From assembly GCA_000388065.2 (NCBI GenBank), contig KB932205.1: 59,366 nucleotides of DNA. One strand, written 5' to 3'. Positions 21,001 through 32,416 of the stretch are shown here, one piece after another. The DNA is from Fonticula alba ATCC 38817. Lineage: Eukaryota > Protista > Nucleariida. The notes below the pieces were generated by a model, which was not told the origin of the DNA, did no database searches, and saw nothing but the letters and a program-made list of their open reading frames with translations. Position 1 is the stretch's first letter, and the number at the start of each line of letters is the position of its first letter. The position numbers and the translations under genes were made by a program.

Positions 21001-23862
21001 GCAACCAGTGCCTCACCTGCCCGACCAACAAGCTGCTGCAGGGGGGCGAGTGCCGGTCGGCCTGCTCGACCACCGGCTGGTACCAGGCCTCGTCGGTTGC
21101 CTGTGCCCGGTGCGATGCCAGCTGCTCGCAGTGCGTCGGATCCGGCCCGGGGGACTGCACGGCCTGCCCGCGGGGGTCCTTCCGGATGGCCTCCCCCGGG
21201 GGGCTGGGCCACCAGTGCGTGGCCACCTGCCCGACCGGCCAGTATGCGGATGCCCTGGCCGGCGAGTGCCGGGCCTGCCACGGGGACTGCCGGACGTGCT
21301 TCGGCCCGGGCCCGGCCGACTGCATGTCCTGCCAGGCGGGGGCCCTGCTCTTCGAGTACACCTGTGTGGCCGGCTGCCCGGCCGGGTATTACCCGCTGGC
21401 CGAGGGGACCGAGTGCAGCCCGTGCGACTTCGGCTGCGCCGAGTGCGCCCCCGGCACCGGGGTCTGCACCGCCTGCGCCCCGGGCCACTATGCCGACTAT
21501 GCGGCCGGCATGTGCTACACCGTGTGCCCGGAGCGCTTCCTGACCGACTCGCTGGCCATGACGTGCACCCCCTGCGCCGAGGGCTGCGGGCGCTGCATCA
21601 ACACGGTGGACACATGCACCCGGTGCCTGGACCCGGGGCACAAGCTGCGCACCAGCACCAGCCAGTGCGTGGCCGAATGTGCCGCCGGTGAGGTGGCCGT
21701 CGCCGGGACCGGCGACTATGCCGGGGTCATGCTGTGCGCCGCCTGCCACGACACCTGCGGCTCTTGCCATGCGCCGGGCGACGAGCACGCCTGTTCCTCC
21801 TGCCCGGAGGGCACCCTGCTGGCCGACAGCCTGGCCTGTGTGGCGGCCTGCCCGGTGGGGTACTTCGCCGAGCCGGCCGGCCGCCGGTGCCACCAGTGCC
21901 ACGACACCTGCCACACGTGCTCCAGCCCGGGGGCCGATGAGTGCGCCTCCTGCACCGGGGCCCGGGACATCCTGATGCTCGGGTCGTGTGTGGCCCAGTG
22001 CCCGGGCCGCGGCTTCTGGCTGGACATGGGGGACCCGGCGGCCCGGGCCTGCCGGCCCTGCGTCGAGCACTGTGTCCAGTGCGCCGGGGCCGGCGAGTGC
22101 TCCCTGTGCAAGGACCCGATGGTCCTCTTCCTGTCGGAGTCCGACGAGGCCTTCTGCCTGAGTGCCTGCCCGGCCGGGTTCTACTCGCTCGCGGGGCCGG
22201 GTGAGGCGCAGGCCGTTTGCGCGCACTGTGCGGCCGACTGTCACACCTGCCTCGGCCCGGAGGAGGCCGACTGCCTGGTGACCTGGTGCCAGGCGGATGG
22301 CTCGTGCGGCCCCTCGCGCAATCGGACCCTGGCCCTGGGCCTGGCCATCGGCCTGTCGCTGCTGTTCATCATCCTGCTGCTCATCCTGCTGGTCATCTTC
22401 TGTGCCGTCCGCCGCCAGCGCCAGGAGCCCAAGGCGGCGCCGGTCGACATGGATCTCACCGTCCTCAACACGGTCATGGGTGCGTGGGTGTTGGCCGGTC
22501 ATGCGCGGGGGGGGGGGGGGGGGGCACAGGGCGCTTCCATGGCGATGTCGCAAAACTAACACCATCTGGCTGGAATGGGGCGGGGGCCGGGGGGGGGGAA
22601 AAAAAAAGACCTTGCCCTGCCGGGCTTCCTGCTGCTCTCCTTCGAGAAGGACATCCGCCTGCTCAGCACCTCGCCCGAGGCCACCGGCACCCAGGGCGGC
22701 ATCTTCCCGGCCGAGCCCCTGAAGCCGCAGCTGATCGCCGCCGCCGGCAGCCATGCCCTGGTGGTGAAGCTGGCCCACGGTACGTGGGGCCCTTGCCTGT
22801 TCCCCTGTGCCGGTGTGCATGGGCTGCCAGCCTGTCCGCCGCGCCGCGCCGCCTCGCACCCGCCCTTGTCGGCATCTGACCGCCGCTGCCCTCTTCCCCC
22901 CCCCGGCTATATCACCGGGAAACACACACAGCGGAGTCCGCCTCGCCGCTCTCCGACGCCCAGATGCAGGCCATGTTCGAGAATGAGCTGTCCATCCTGT
23001 GGGCCCTGCAGCAGTCGCCGAATGTGGCCCGCCTGATGGGGTACATGCAGGCCCCGGCGGGCATTGTCATGGCCCGCGAGACCACGGACCTCCATCGGCT
23101 GCTGTCCTCGGAGGAGCCGCTGGACGTGGCCAATGCCGGGGCCCTGGTCCGGGGCATGGCCGCCGGGCTGGCCTTCATCCACGGCCAGGGGATCGCCCAT
23201 CGCGATGTCAAGTCGCAGAACATCCTGGTCGGCCTGTGCCCGGAGACGGGCGCCATGCGGCCGGTGTTCACGGATTTCGGCGTGTCGCTGGCCGTCAGCC
23301 GCGGCTCGGCCCTGCTGGACTCGGTCATGCTGGCGGCCTGCAGCTTGTCCTTCGCCGCGCCGGAGGTCCTGGCCACCATGGATGTCCCGGTGTCGGCCGT
23401 GTCGAGCGTCAACCACATGGCGGCCGATGTCTTCTCCCTGGCGTCGGTCTTCTGGCACATCCTGACCCATCGTCTCCCCTGGAGCGGTACGTCCCCCCCG
23501 GGCACGGGTGACATGCATCGCCGGCCTCCTCTGTGGGGAGGCGACAAGGGGGGGTTTTGTCTTCCCTCCGGGTCCCCGGTCCTCCTGGTGCTAACAGCTG
23601 TTCATTTGTCTCGACGCGCGGGGGGGCTGCCCGCTGCCCGGTGGGAATTGCACGCAGCACAGGCCTCGGCAAGGGCCACATCCAGGGGTTCCTCCTCGGG
23701 GGGAAGACCCCGGCCATGCACGGGGCCCCGGCTCGCGAGGACTTCCTGCAGGACCCCCTGCTGGGGGCCCTGCTTACCGATGGCCACCTTGCGGCCATGT
23801 GGTCCACGAACCCGGACCAGCGCCCGGCCATGGCCACGCTGGAGGCCGCTCTCGCCCGCTAA
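15045..23862 (+). CDS. Gene C: giant furin-like/CxxC cysteine-repeat receptor kinase (TKL-type, RD), about 2786 aa
   Basis: Exons 15045-22479 (contains a 90-nt N gap), 22609-22779, 22932-23486 and 23663-23862. Signal peptide, about 50 repeats of 45-48 aa, TM (TLALGLAIGLSLLFIILLLILLVIFCAV), kinase motifs LVVK, FENE, HRDVKSQN, DFG, FAAPE, DVFSLA and RPAM. Confidence 0.9.
16380..17590 (+). repeat. Intragenic 699-bp-period duplication in the gene C ectodomain
   Basis: 16380-16891 is near-identical to 17079-17590. An identical block of about 125 nt also occurs near 16934 and 19301. Confidence 0.9.
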
Positions 23863-24108
23863 GGGCCCGGTCTGGTGGGGCCCTGCCCGGGTGGTGTCCC
23901 TTGGCCCCGTGCCCCGACGCTGTGCGGCGGCGTGGGGGAAAGAAAATACATCCCGCCCCTCCCTCTCTCTCTCTCTCTCTCTTCACCTCTGGCGGCTGCC
24001 TGTTCCCCCCCCCCCCCGCCCGCGCGCGCGGGCCATGTATCTCCCGGCCCCGTAGGCGGTGAGGTGCCTGCTCTTGGGTGGGGGAGCCCCGTGTGGCAGG
24101 GCCTTCCT

Positions 24109-25735
24109 TTATTGGGGGACCGGGGGAGCGCCCTGCGCCAGGATGATGGCCACCGTGCGGTCGTGGAAGCCGGCGGCCGTGGGCCGGTCGCTGGCCTCGC
24201 CGGCCCAGGCATCCTGCAGGAGGGCGGCCAGGGGCGCCTCGACCCCGGGGCCGAAGTGCCCCTCCCGGAGCCGATCCACCGGGGGCCGGTATCCGGCCAC
24301 AATCTCACGCGCGAGCTTGGCCAGCGGCAGGCCCTTGTTGACTGGGCGCGGCCGGGCGACGCGGGCCGCCGGTGTGCACGCCCAGGAGCCGGGGCCGGCG
24401 GCCGGAGGGGGAGGCTTACAAGGTCAGCGTCTAGTTCGGGGGCGCGGCAAGGCGGCGCAGTACACATACCAGCCGAGGGAGGCAGGCGCGTGAGGATGCT
24501 CCAACTGGTGACCGCCAGGGCGTAGATGTCAGCCGGGAGGTACTGGACCGGGGGCATCTGCTGCCGGCGGAAGATGGACTCGAGGCGCTACGCCGGCCCG
24601 GCATCCGGGCATCGCGCCGGGGGGGGGGGGGGGGAGCATGCGGTCAGTGCCGGCCATCCGGGGGCAGGGCGCGGGGCCGGGCAGCGGGGAGCCTCCCGGG
24701 GGCGGGGGCCCGGGCGCACCTCCGGCGAGGCGTAGGCAATGGACAGGAGATCGACATTGGCCGCCTCGGAGACCAGGGCACTGGCCCGGAGGTCGGAGGT
24801 GTTTTTGGCCCCGCCCAGGTCGCACAGGGCCGGGTACCAGCGGCCGTCCGGCAGCCGCCGGGCCAGGACATTGGCCGCCTTGACGTCGCAGTGTGCCACC
24901 CCTTGGGCATGCATGGCTCCAAGGCCGGCGGCTGGGGCCCGGGGGCGCGGGTCAGCTCACGGCCCGCGGCCAGGCAAGGGGCGAGCGGCTGTCGTACCGA
25001 TGTCCCGCATGAGGCCGAGCCGCTGGCCCGGGGGGAGATCCACCTCGGTGGCCTGCAGCAGCCGGTCGAGCGGGGTCTGGAAGAGCTCCAGCACGATGGC
25101 CGGCGGGCTTTCGGAGTAGGCGTACATCTGGACGACGTGCTCGCACCCGCGGAGCATCCTTCACGGGGGAAGGCGGGTCGGGGGTCAGGGCGCGCCTGGG
25201 CGGGCGGCATGCAGGGCCGGGCCCGGGTGGGCGCGGGTGGGGGGGGGGGGGCGGGGGGGGCAGGCGGCGGGGCAATCGCGCCCCCCCAGCCGAGCACGCA
25301 CCACAGCAGGGCCACCTCCGAGTGGAAGAGAGACTTGCCCCCGGTTCCGGGGGACCGGTTGTCTGTCCGGGCGCGGGCATGTGTCAGCGGTGTGTTCCCC
25401 CCCGGCCGGAGCGGCCCCCCCCCCCCCCAGTGCAAGGTGGCAGGGGGGTGCGCACCGTGGAAGAGCTTGACCGCCACCAGGTCCGGGCAGGCGAGGCGAT
25501 CTCGCAGCCCGGCCCCCACCGGCCGGGCCGCATATACGGTGGCCTGCTTGCCCTTGCCCAGGCTCTGGTCGGTCGGGGCGAGGTCCGCCTCCAGGCTGAC
25601 CAGCGCCCGGCCGGGCAGCGAAATCTCTGTGTCCTCGTGGTGCATGCGGCGAGGCCGGTCAGCGGGGCGGGAAGAGGGTGTGCCGTCCAGGCGGCACGTT
25701 GCCTCTTTTTCGAGTGCTCATGTGTGTGTGGGGCA

Positions 25736-25768
<33 letters not shown>

Positions 25769-28700
25769 GGGAGGCATGTGGGTGTGTGGGTGTGTGTGCG
25801 TGTAGGAGGCATGTGGGCGTGTGGGACATGGGGGGGTGGGCGGGGCATGGGGGGGTGGGTGCGTCTGCACGCCGGGACAGGGCACCGGGCGCCATTCGCC
25901 AGGCCTCCGGGCCACGCACCGACAATGGTGTTGAGGACGGTGGCGTTTTCTGCGGCCACGCGAAGCGCCGGGGTTCCGGGTTAATGTCAGGGCAGCAGGC
26001 ACTGTTGCCGGGGCAGCATCGGGCAGGCATACCATCCAGCATGTCCTGGCGGTGGCGGCGCATGGCCGGCCACCGGCGAGGGGGACGGGGGACGGGGGAC
26101 GGGGCACAGGGCCTGGTCAGTGCGCTGCTCGCGGAGGGGGGCATCCCCGAAAGTGCAGGTACCTTCTTGGCCAGGGGGCCGCGCCGCCGGCGCCGACGGC
26201 AAAATGCCATCCCGGTTGCCAGGAGCAGCACCAGGAGCAGCAGCATGGGCAGGCCAACGCCGAGGCCAATGGCTGGGGAGGTGGGAATTAGCAGGCACGC
26301 TGGGTGGCTGGCCGGCGCGGTTCAGGCCCCTTCTGCCCCCCCCCCCCCGCCGGGCCCTCGGAGGGGCCCCCGCACGCGAGCACACCCGCCAGCAACGCAC
26401 CTAGGGCCCGGCGCCGGGCGCCATGGCGGCCATTCGGGTCGGCGGCCTGCTCGAGGCAGTGCCCATCGTCCGGGCCATCGCACCGGATGCACCCGCGCGC
26501 GCAGGGCCGACAGTCGGTCGCACCCGGGAAGTGCCCCTCCGGGCAGGCGTCGAGGCACCTTGCCGGCTGGCCAGCCGGGGCCAGCAGCAGGAGGCCCTCG
26601 CGGCAGCGCCGGCACCCGACGGCCGCCGGGCAGCTGGGCGGCGAGGAGCTCCCCGCCGGGGCCCGGGTGCAGGACACCGGCCCGGCCGCCGGGTCGCGGG
26701 AGCAATCCGCACAGCCCGCCTCGGCGCAGGGGATGCACAGGCGGTCGCCCTCCGGCGTGGCCCCCGGGACAAAGTCCCGGCCCGGGCAGCTGGCCCCGGC
26801 CAGGCACCGGGCCCCGCGATCCCCGAGGAGGAGGAGCCACTCGGCGGGGTGGCGGCAGCCGGTGCACTGTGCCGCCTGGTGGGCACACGTTTGGCAGGCC
26901 GCCGCGCAGGGGGCACACCGCTGGCCGGGCCCCGGGTCGGAGGGGGGCACTTGGCCGGGTGCGGGCGCGAGTGCCGGCGCCGGCGCCGCAGGATCGGCCC
27001 CCGGCCGCGGGGCGAACTCCCCCGGCGGGCAGAGCGGCGCACAGCCGCCGGCCATGGTCAGGTGCAGGCCCGGCAGGCAGCGGGTGCAGCGCAAGTCGGC
27101 CGGCTCGGGGCCCGGGCTCGGGGCCTGGCAGTCCGTGCAGCCGGCCGGACAGGGGATGCACGCGGCACGCCCGGGCCCGGCGCCGGTCCCCGGCGGGCAT
27201 TCCTCCACGCACCGCCCGTCCGGGGCCAGGAGCCGGTCCGCCGGGCACCGGAGGCAGTCCCCGGGCAGGGGCCCGCCGCACCGGGCGCAGGAGGCGTGGC
27301 AGGCGGCGCACCGGGCTGCCGGCTCGTCGCCCGGCATGTCGCCCGGGTGGGGGGCCATGTCGGCGAAAGTCCCGGCCGGGCAGGCCGCCGCCAGGCACCG
27401 GCCCTGGTAGAGCGGCACGCCCGGCCGGCAGCCGGTGCATTGGTCGGCCTGGCTGCAGGCCCGGCAGTCGCTCGGGCAGGGCTGGCAGGCGCCGGTCGCC
27501 CGGTCGGCGTACAGGCCCTCCGGGCAGCCGGCCCCCACGGGCAGGCACACCCCGCCGAGGAGCAGCCGCTGGCCGGCCTCGGCGGCGCAGGAAATGCAGT
27601 GCCCGGCGCCGGGGCCAAAGCAGGCGGAGCAATCCCCGTGGCAGGGGACGCATGCGGCGCCGACGGGGGCCATGCCGGCCGGGCAGGCGCCGGCGCACTG
27701 GCCCGACGCCGGGACCAGCAGCCAGCCCCGCTGGCACTGCTCGCAGGCCCCGCCGCCGCCGCCGCCGCCGCCGCACAGGAGGCAGCCCTCCGGGCAGGGC
27801 ATGCACACGGCCTGGCCGGCCGCCCGGTCCAGGGCCCAGCCCGTGGGGCATTGGGCATCGCAGCGGCGCCGGCGGCGGGGGCGGGGGCGGCCGAGGTGGT
27901 CGGTGTCGGGCCCGGCCGGGCCGAAGACCGACACCAGCCCCGGCCGGCAGTCCAGGCACTCGCCGGCCCGGGTCCCGTCGCACGTGGCGCACGTGAAGTG
28001 GCAGGCCCGGCAGCGGCCGGCCTCCGGGGTGAAGCCCCCGGCGCACAGCTGCACGCAGCGGCCGCCCTGCTGGACGAGCTCGGCCCCGGCGCAGTCCCAG
28101 CAGTGGGAATCGGTCGGGCCATTGCACACGGCGCACGACACGTGGCAGGGCTGGCAGGCGGCGGCCGGGTTGTCGGCCGGGCGGAAGGCCCCGGCCGGGC
28201 AGGGCCACACGCAGCTGGACCCGATGTGGTCCAGCCCCGGGGCGCAGGAGTGGCACTGGTCCGCCCGCGGCCCGTGGCAGGCGGCGCACTCCGGGGCACA
28301 GGGCAGACACTCGCCGGCGCCGGGGGCCGGGTCGGCGAACCACCCGGCCGGGCAGGCCCCCACGCACGCCCCGGTGCCCGTCAGCCAGAGGCCCTCCCGG
28401 CAGGCCAGGCAGCGGCCCTCGGCCGAGCAGCTGGCGCACCCGGCGGCACATGCGGCGCAGGGCCCGGGCAGGCCGGCGTCGGTGGCCGGCCCGGCCCCGG
28501 CGGCGCAGCGCGTGCACCGGTCCGCCGCCCCCTCGCACAGGTCGCACTCCGGGGCACAGGGCCGGCAGCGGCCCCGGCCGGCGGGCTCGGGCACGGCCAG
28601 CCACCCGGGCGCGCAGCGATCCGTGCAGAGCCCCGGCCCGGCGGCCGGGTCCGGCTCGGCGAAGACCCACCCGCCGGGCCGGCAGGCGTCGCACGCATCC

Positions 28701-29875
28701 GGCCCCCGGCACGCGGCGCACGACGGATGGCACGCCGTGCAAATGAGGCCCCGGTCGGCGAAGGACCCGGCCGGGCAGTCGGGCAGGCAGCGCCGCCGGG
28801 CCGCGCCATCCTCCGCCAGGTGCAGCCCCTCGGCACAGGCCACGCAGTCCAGGCCGTCGGCCGTGCAGTCGGTGCACCCCCGGGGGCAGAGGACGCACCG
28901 GGCCGGGCCGGCGGCCTGCCCCGGCGGGCAGGTCGCCGTGCAGAGGGACGCCTCGCCCGGGGTCGGATGGCGGAAGCGCAGCCCCGGGCCGCAGGCCAGG
29001 CAGGCATGGCCCGAGGCGCAGGTGGCGCAGGACCCATGGCAGGCGACGCATGCGCCGGCCTGCGCGAAGGTCCCGGCCGGGCACGCCTCCACGCAGGCCT
29101 TCCCGAGGGCCAGGCGCCCGGCGGCGCAGGCGGTGCATTCGCCCTCCGAGAGGCAGGCGGCGCACGAGCTGTCGCATGGGCCGCAGGCCCCGGCAAGCGG
29201 GAAGAAGCCCCCCGGGCAGGCCTCGACACAGGCCCCGGCGTGCAGCAGCCGCCCCGGGGCGCAGGCCGTGCAGGCGTCCACGGTGCAGGCCGCGCAGCCG
29301 GGCTGGCAGGCCTCACACACGCCGGCCCGGGCGAAGGAGCCCCCCGGGCAGGCCGCCGCGCAGGCCCCCTCGGAGAGCACCTCGCCGGGGGGGCACTCGG
29401 TGCAACGGTCGGCCTGGCACTGGGAGCAGCCGGCCGGGCAGGCGGCGCACTGGCCGGCGGCCAGGAAGTGCCCCGGGGCGCAGGCCGTGCACTCGCCGGG
29501 CCCGGCGCACCGGCTGCAGCCCGGCTCGCAGGGGACACAGGTGAAGACATCCCGCAGGCCGGCCCCCGGGAAGCAGGCCTCGCAGTGGAAGTCGCTGCCC
29601 GTGTCGCGGAGGTACTCGCACCCCGGGATCATCTCCACGATGCATGTGTCCACCGACCCGGAGCGGAGCTTGCTCGGGTAGTCCGCCGGGCAGGCGGCCA
29701 GGCAGGCGTGCGGCGACTTGGCCGTCAGCAGGAAGAGCCCGGCTTCGCAGCGGGTGCAATTGCCCCCGGCACAGGCGCTGCAGCCGGCCGGGCAGCCGGC
29801 CAGCCCGGCCGCCGGCCGGGCCGCCACCAGCACCAGGAGGGCCAGCAGGAAGAGCAGGAGCCCGGATCGGCGCAT
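24109..29875 (-). CDS. Gene D: cysteine-repeat receptor kinase, non-RD (HCD) TKL-type, about 1527 aa
   Basis: Ten exons joining in frame: 29875-26401, 26272-26163, 26045-26033, 25949-25920, 25626-25456, 25362-25302, 25158-24998, 24931-24720, 24587-24470 and 24341-24109. Signal peptide MRRSGLLLFLLALLVLVAA, CxxC repeats, TM (AIGLGVGLPMLLLLVLLLATGMAFC), kinase motifs GKGKQATVY, VAVK, FHSE, HCDVKAAN, DLG, YASPE, DIYALA and RPT. Confidence 0.87.
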
Positions 29876-29964
29876 GGCGGCCGGCGAGCGGCCCGAGCGG
29901 CGCGAGGAGCGGCGCGGCCGTCCGAGGCGTGGAGAAGGGTGCTGTGGCGAGGCAGGGGCCTGGG

Positions 29965-30085
29965 ACAAGCAGAGGCAGCGGGGCAAGACAGGAGCGCGGG
30001 GCAGGCAGAGGCAGCGGGGCAAGCAGACGCAGCGGGGCAGGCAGAGGCAGCGGGGCAGGCAGAGGCAGCGGGGCAGGCAGAGGCA
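29965..30085. repeat. 18-bp tandem repeat (GCAGAGGCAGCGGGGCAG) upstream of the gene D start codon
   Basis: About 6 imperfect copies. Reads CLCLPR repeats in the gene D frame. Confidence 0.85.
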
Positions 30086-31098
30086 AGGCCGATCGCGGAC
30101 TGGCGCAGGGTGGTCGGATGTCGGGGGCAGGCACGCGCGGAGGGGAGGCTGCCGAAGGCATGCGCCATGCACCGGCATCTCGGTGGCCGGAAAATGGGCC
30201 GGCCGGCGCCGGGCGGACATCTGGCCGTCCCTCGCGTGGACGCGCGCGCGCGTACTTGTGGGGGGGGGGGGAAGGGGCCTGCGCGGTTGTTGTGGGCTAG
30301 CCGGTTGGCAAGCGCGGCGGGACAATCAACGTGCGCGCGCGCGCGCGCACGGGGCCGCCCGGACTGTTTGTCGGCGGGGGCGGGCCGGAAAAAGGGGGGG
30401 CCGCCCGGGCGCCGTGCTGCCCGTTGCGCGCCCCCATTCTTGGCTGGGGCGCCTCGTCCCGGGCGGGGGTGTCGGCGGAATGCGCGAGGTCGGCCGGGCG
30501 CGACCCCAGGGGGGGGGGGGGAGGGAGGCGCGAGGGCGAGGCGCGGGCCCACAACACGAGTAACAGCCGAAGGCCAGCCGGGACACAACCTCCCTGGGCC
30601 GGGAGGGAGGGGGGCCTGCGGCGCGTGCGGCCGGGCGCCCCTGCCGCACGCGCGCGCGCGCGCGCGCCCGAGCCAAAGTCGGCACGACCGAGGAAAATAG
30701 GGGCCCAAGCCAGCGAGAGCCCAGGGCGCGGGAGATCCATTGGCAGGTGGCATGTTAGGGAGACTGACAGGGGAGGGGGGGGGGGGGGGGGGGGGGCGAG
30801 GGGGGAGAGACGGCGCGGGAGGGGGCGAGGCGGGGGCGAGAAAGCTGATGCTCGGCACGAAGGCGCGCGCACACTGGGGATATGGACGCGCACACGCACA
30901 CAGCCCGGCGAGCACACGCCCCTGCACACATGCGCGCGCACAGTCCCACACACAGGCAGGGGGGGGGGGGGGGGGGCGGGCGCCGCCCCGGGGCCGAGCG
31001 CGAGGCACCAAAAAGAGGGGTAGACACGGCCGCGCGTGCGGCGGGACGAATCCGCGCGGCCCCTGTGGGGGATATTATGGCGGAATCGCGTGGCCGAG

Positions 31099-31106
31099 TT
31101 ATATAA
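31099..31106. promoter_or_regulatory. Palindromic TATA-like element TTATATAA between divergent genes D and E
   Basis: Rare AT-rich palindrome in a GC-rich intergenic region. Function is inferred only. Confidence 0.35.
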
Positions 31107-31951
31107 GTCGATCGGCCCCTGCCGGCAGATGGCACGCCGTGCGCCGTGCATCCCGGCAAGCGAGAGGCCTGGGGGGGGGGGGGGGGGCGGGGGGCGAACA
31201 CACGCCTCTCTGCTGCGGGCCAGCGCCCGCACCGGCGTCCCTGGAGCCCCCTCCCGCGTCGGAGGGAGCCGAGCAGGGCCGGCGCCATTGGTGCGTGACC
31301 GCGCAGAGCGGCGTGATCCGGGCGGTGTCACGCCGCCGGTCACGCGGGGCGTCGGCATTTGGACAGTCGCCCGCGGGCAAGCTCCCCCCGCCGCCAAGCG
31401 ATGGTGCTCGGCTCTGTGCCCGCTCGTCTCCAGGTGCTCCAACCGGTTTGGGCTGCCGTGTGCGTGGGAGGCCGAGACATTCAGGCAGCATGAAAAATTG
31501 CCCGGCTGTGGCTTCAAGCCGCTGCTGCATCTGCGGCGCTTCCTGCTGCGGGGCTGGCGCCGGCCTGCCTGCCTGCCTGGAGGCTGTGCCACTTCCTCCG
31601 CGGAGTCCGGCAAAGGAGGAGCTTGGTGCGCGCCAACTCGCTGGGCCTCCCGGCGTGGCGTGCGCCCGCGCACTCATGCCCCCAACGGTGTCCAGCCGCA
31701 CCCGGGATGAATGGGGAAAGTTTCGGCACCATGTACCGGGGTTGCGTGCGCGCGGCCCAAACCCAACGTCTGCCCAGGGGTTGGTCTGGGCCGGGCCTAG
31801 TTCGCCCGACGAGATGGTGTCCCCTCCGAGATCGTTACTTGCCCAATCGGATGGCGGGCCCGTGTTTGAACGGGTGCCACATTCTTCCGAGGCCTGCGCG
31901 GGGCCTTTGGTGGGCGCGCGTCCCCTCATGGCTCGCGTAGGAGCGAGTGTG

Positions 31952-31954
<3 letters not shown>

Positions 31955-32011
<57 letters not shown>

Positions 32012-32170
32012 CCAATGCGCCTGCCTGTGTTCAAATGCGCCTGCCTGTGTTCAAATGCGCTTGCCTGTGTTCAAATGTTCTGGTCTGTGTTCAAATGCGC
32101 TTGCCCGTGCTCAAAAGTACTTGCCCGTGTTCAAAAGTGCTTGCCCGTGCTCAAATGTGCCTGCGCGTAC
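31955..32170. repeat. (GT)n followed by a 20-bp minisatellite (TCAAATGCGCYTGCCYGTGT) x8
   Basis: Units start every 20 nt from 32011 to 32151. Confidence 0.93.
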
Positions 32171-32416
32171 AGCCAAGCGAGTGAATGTGTGCGGATGCGC
32201 ACGCGCGCACGCGTGTGTAAATGCAAATCCCCCTGTGAAAGACAAAAGGCGCTTCGGCCAGGGCCGGGCAACGTGAGCCCATGGCATCCGCCGATTTCTC
32301 CCTCTCTCCCTCCATCCCTCCCTCCCTCCCGGCCCCTCGCACCCCCCCTCCCCCCTCCCCCCCCCTTCACCTCGGCTTCCTGTGTCACTCTCCCCCCTCC
32401 ACATCCTTCCCCAGCC

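Noticed and set aside
22480-22559. Gene C terminating at 22559 as in the ORF track, and gene B at 10668
   Set aside because: These ends are read-through into phase-1 introns. Splicing restores a continuous frame into complete kinase domains.
15039-22925. 2628-aa minus-strand ORF, and similar ORFs 7048-10206(-), 26423-30700(+) and 41717-44737(-)
   Set aside because: Antisense shadows of real genes. High GC3 removes stop codons on the opposite strand, and the products are A/G/R-rich with no domain motifs.
32011-32170. CRISPR-like array
   Set aside because: Contiguous units with no unique spacers, no cas genes, and a eukaryotic context.
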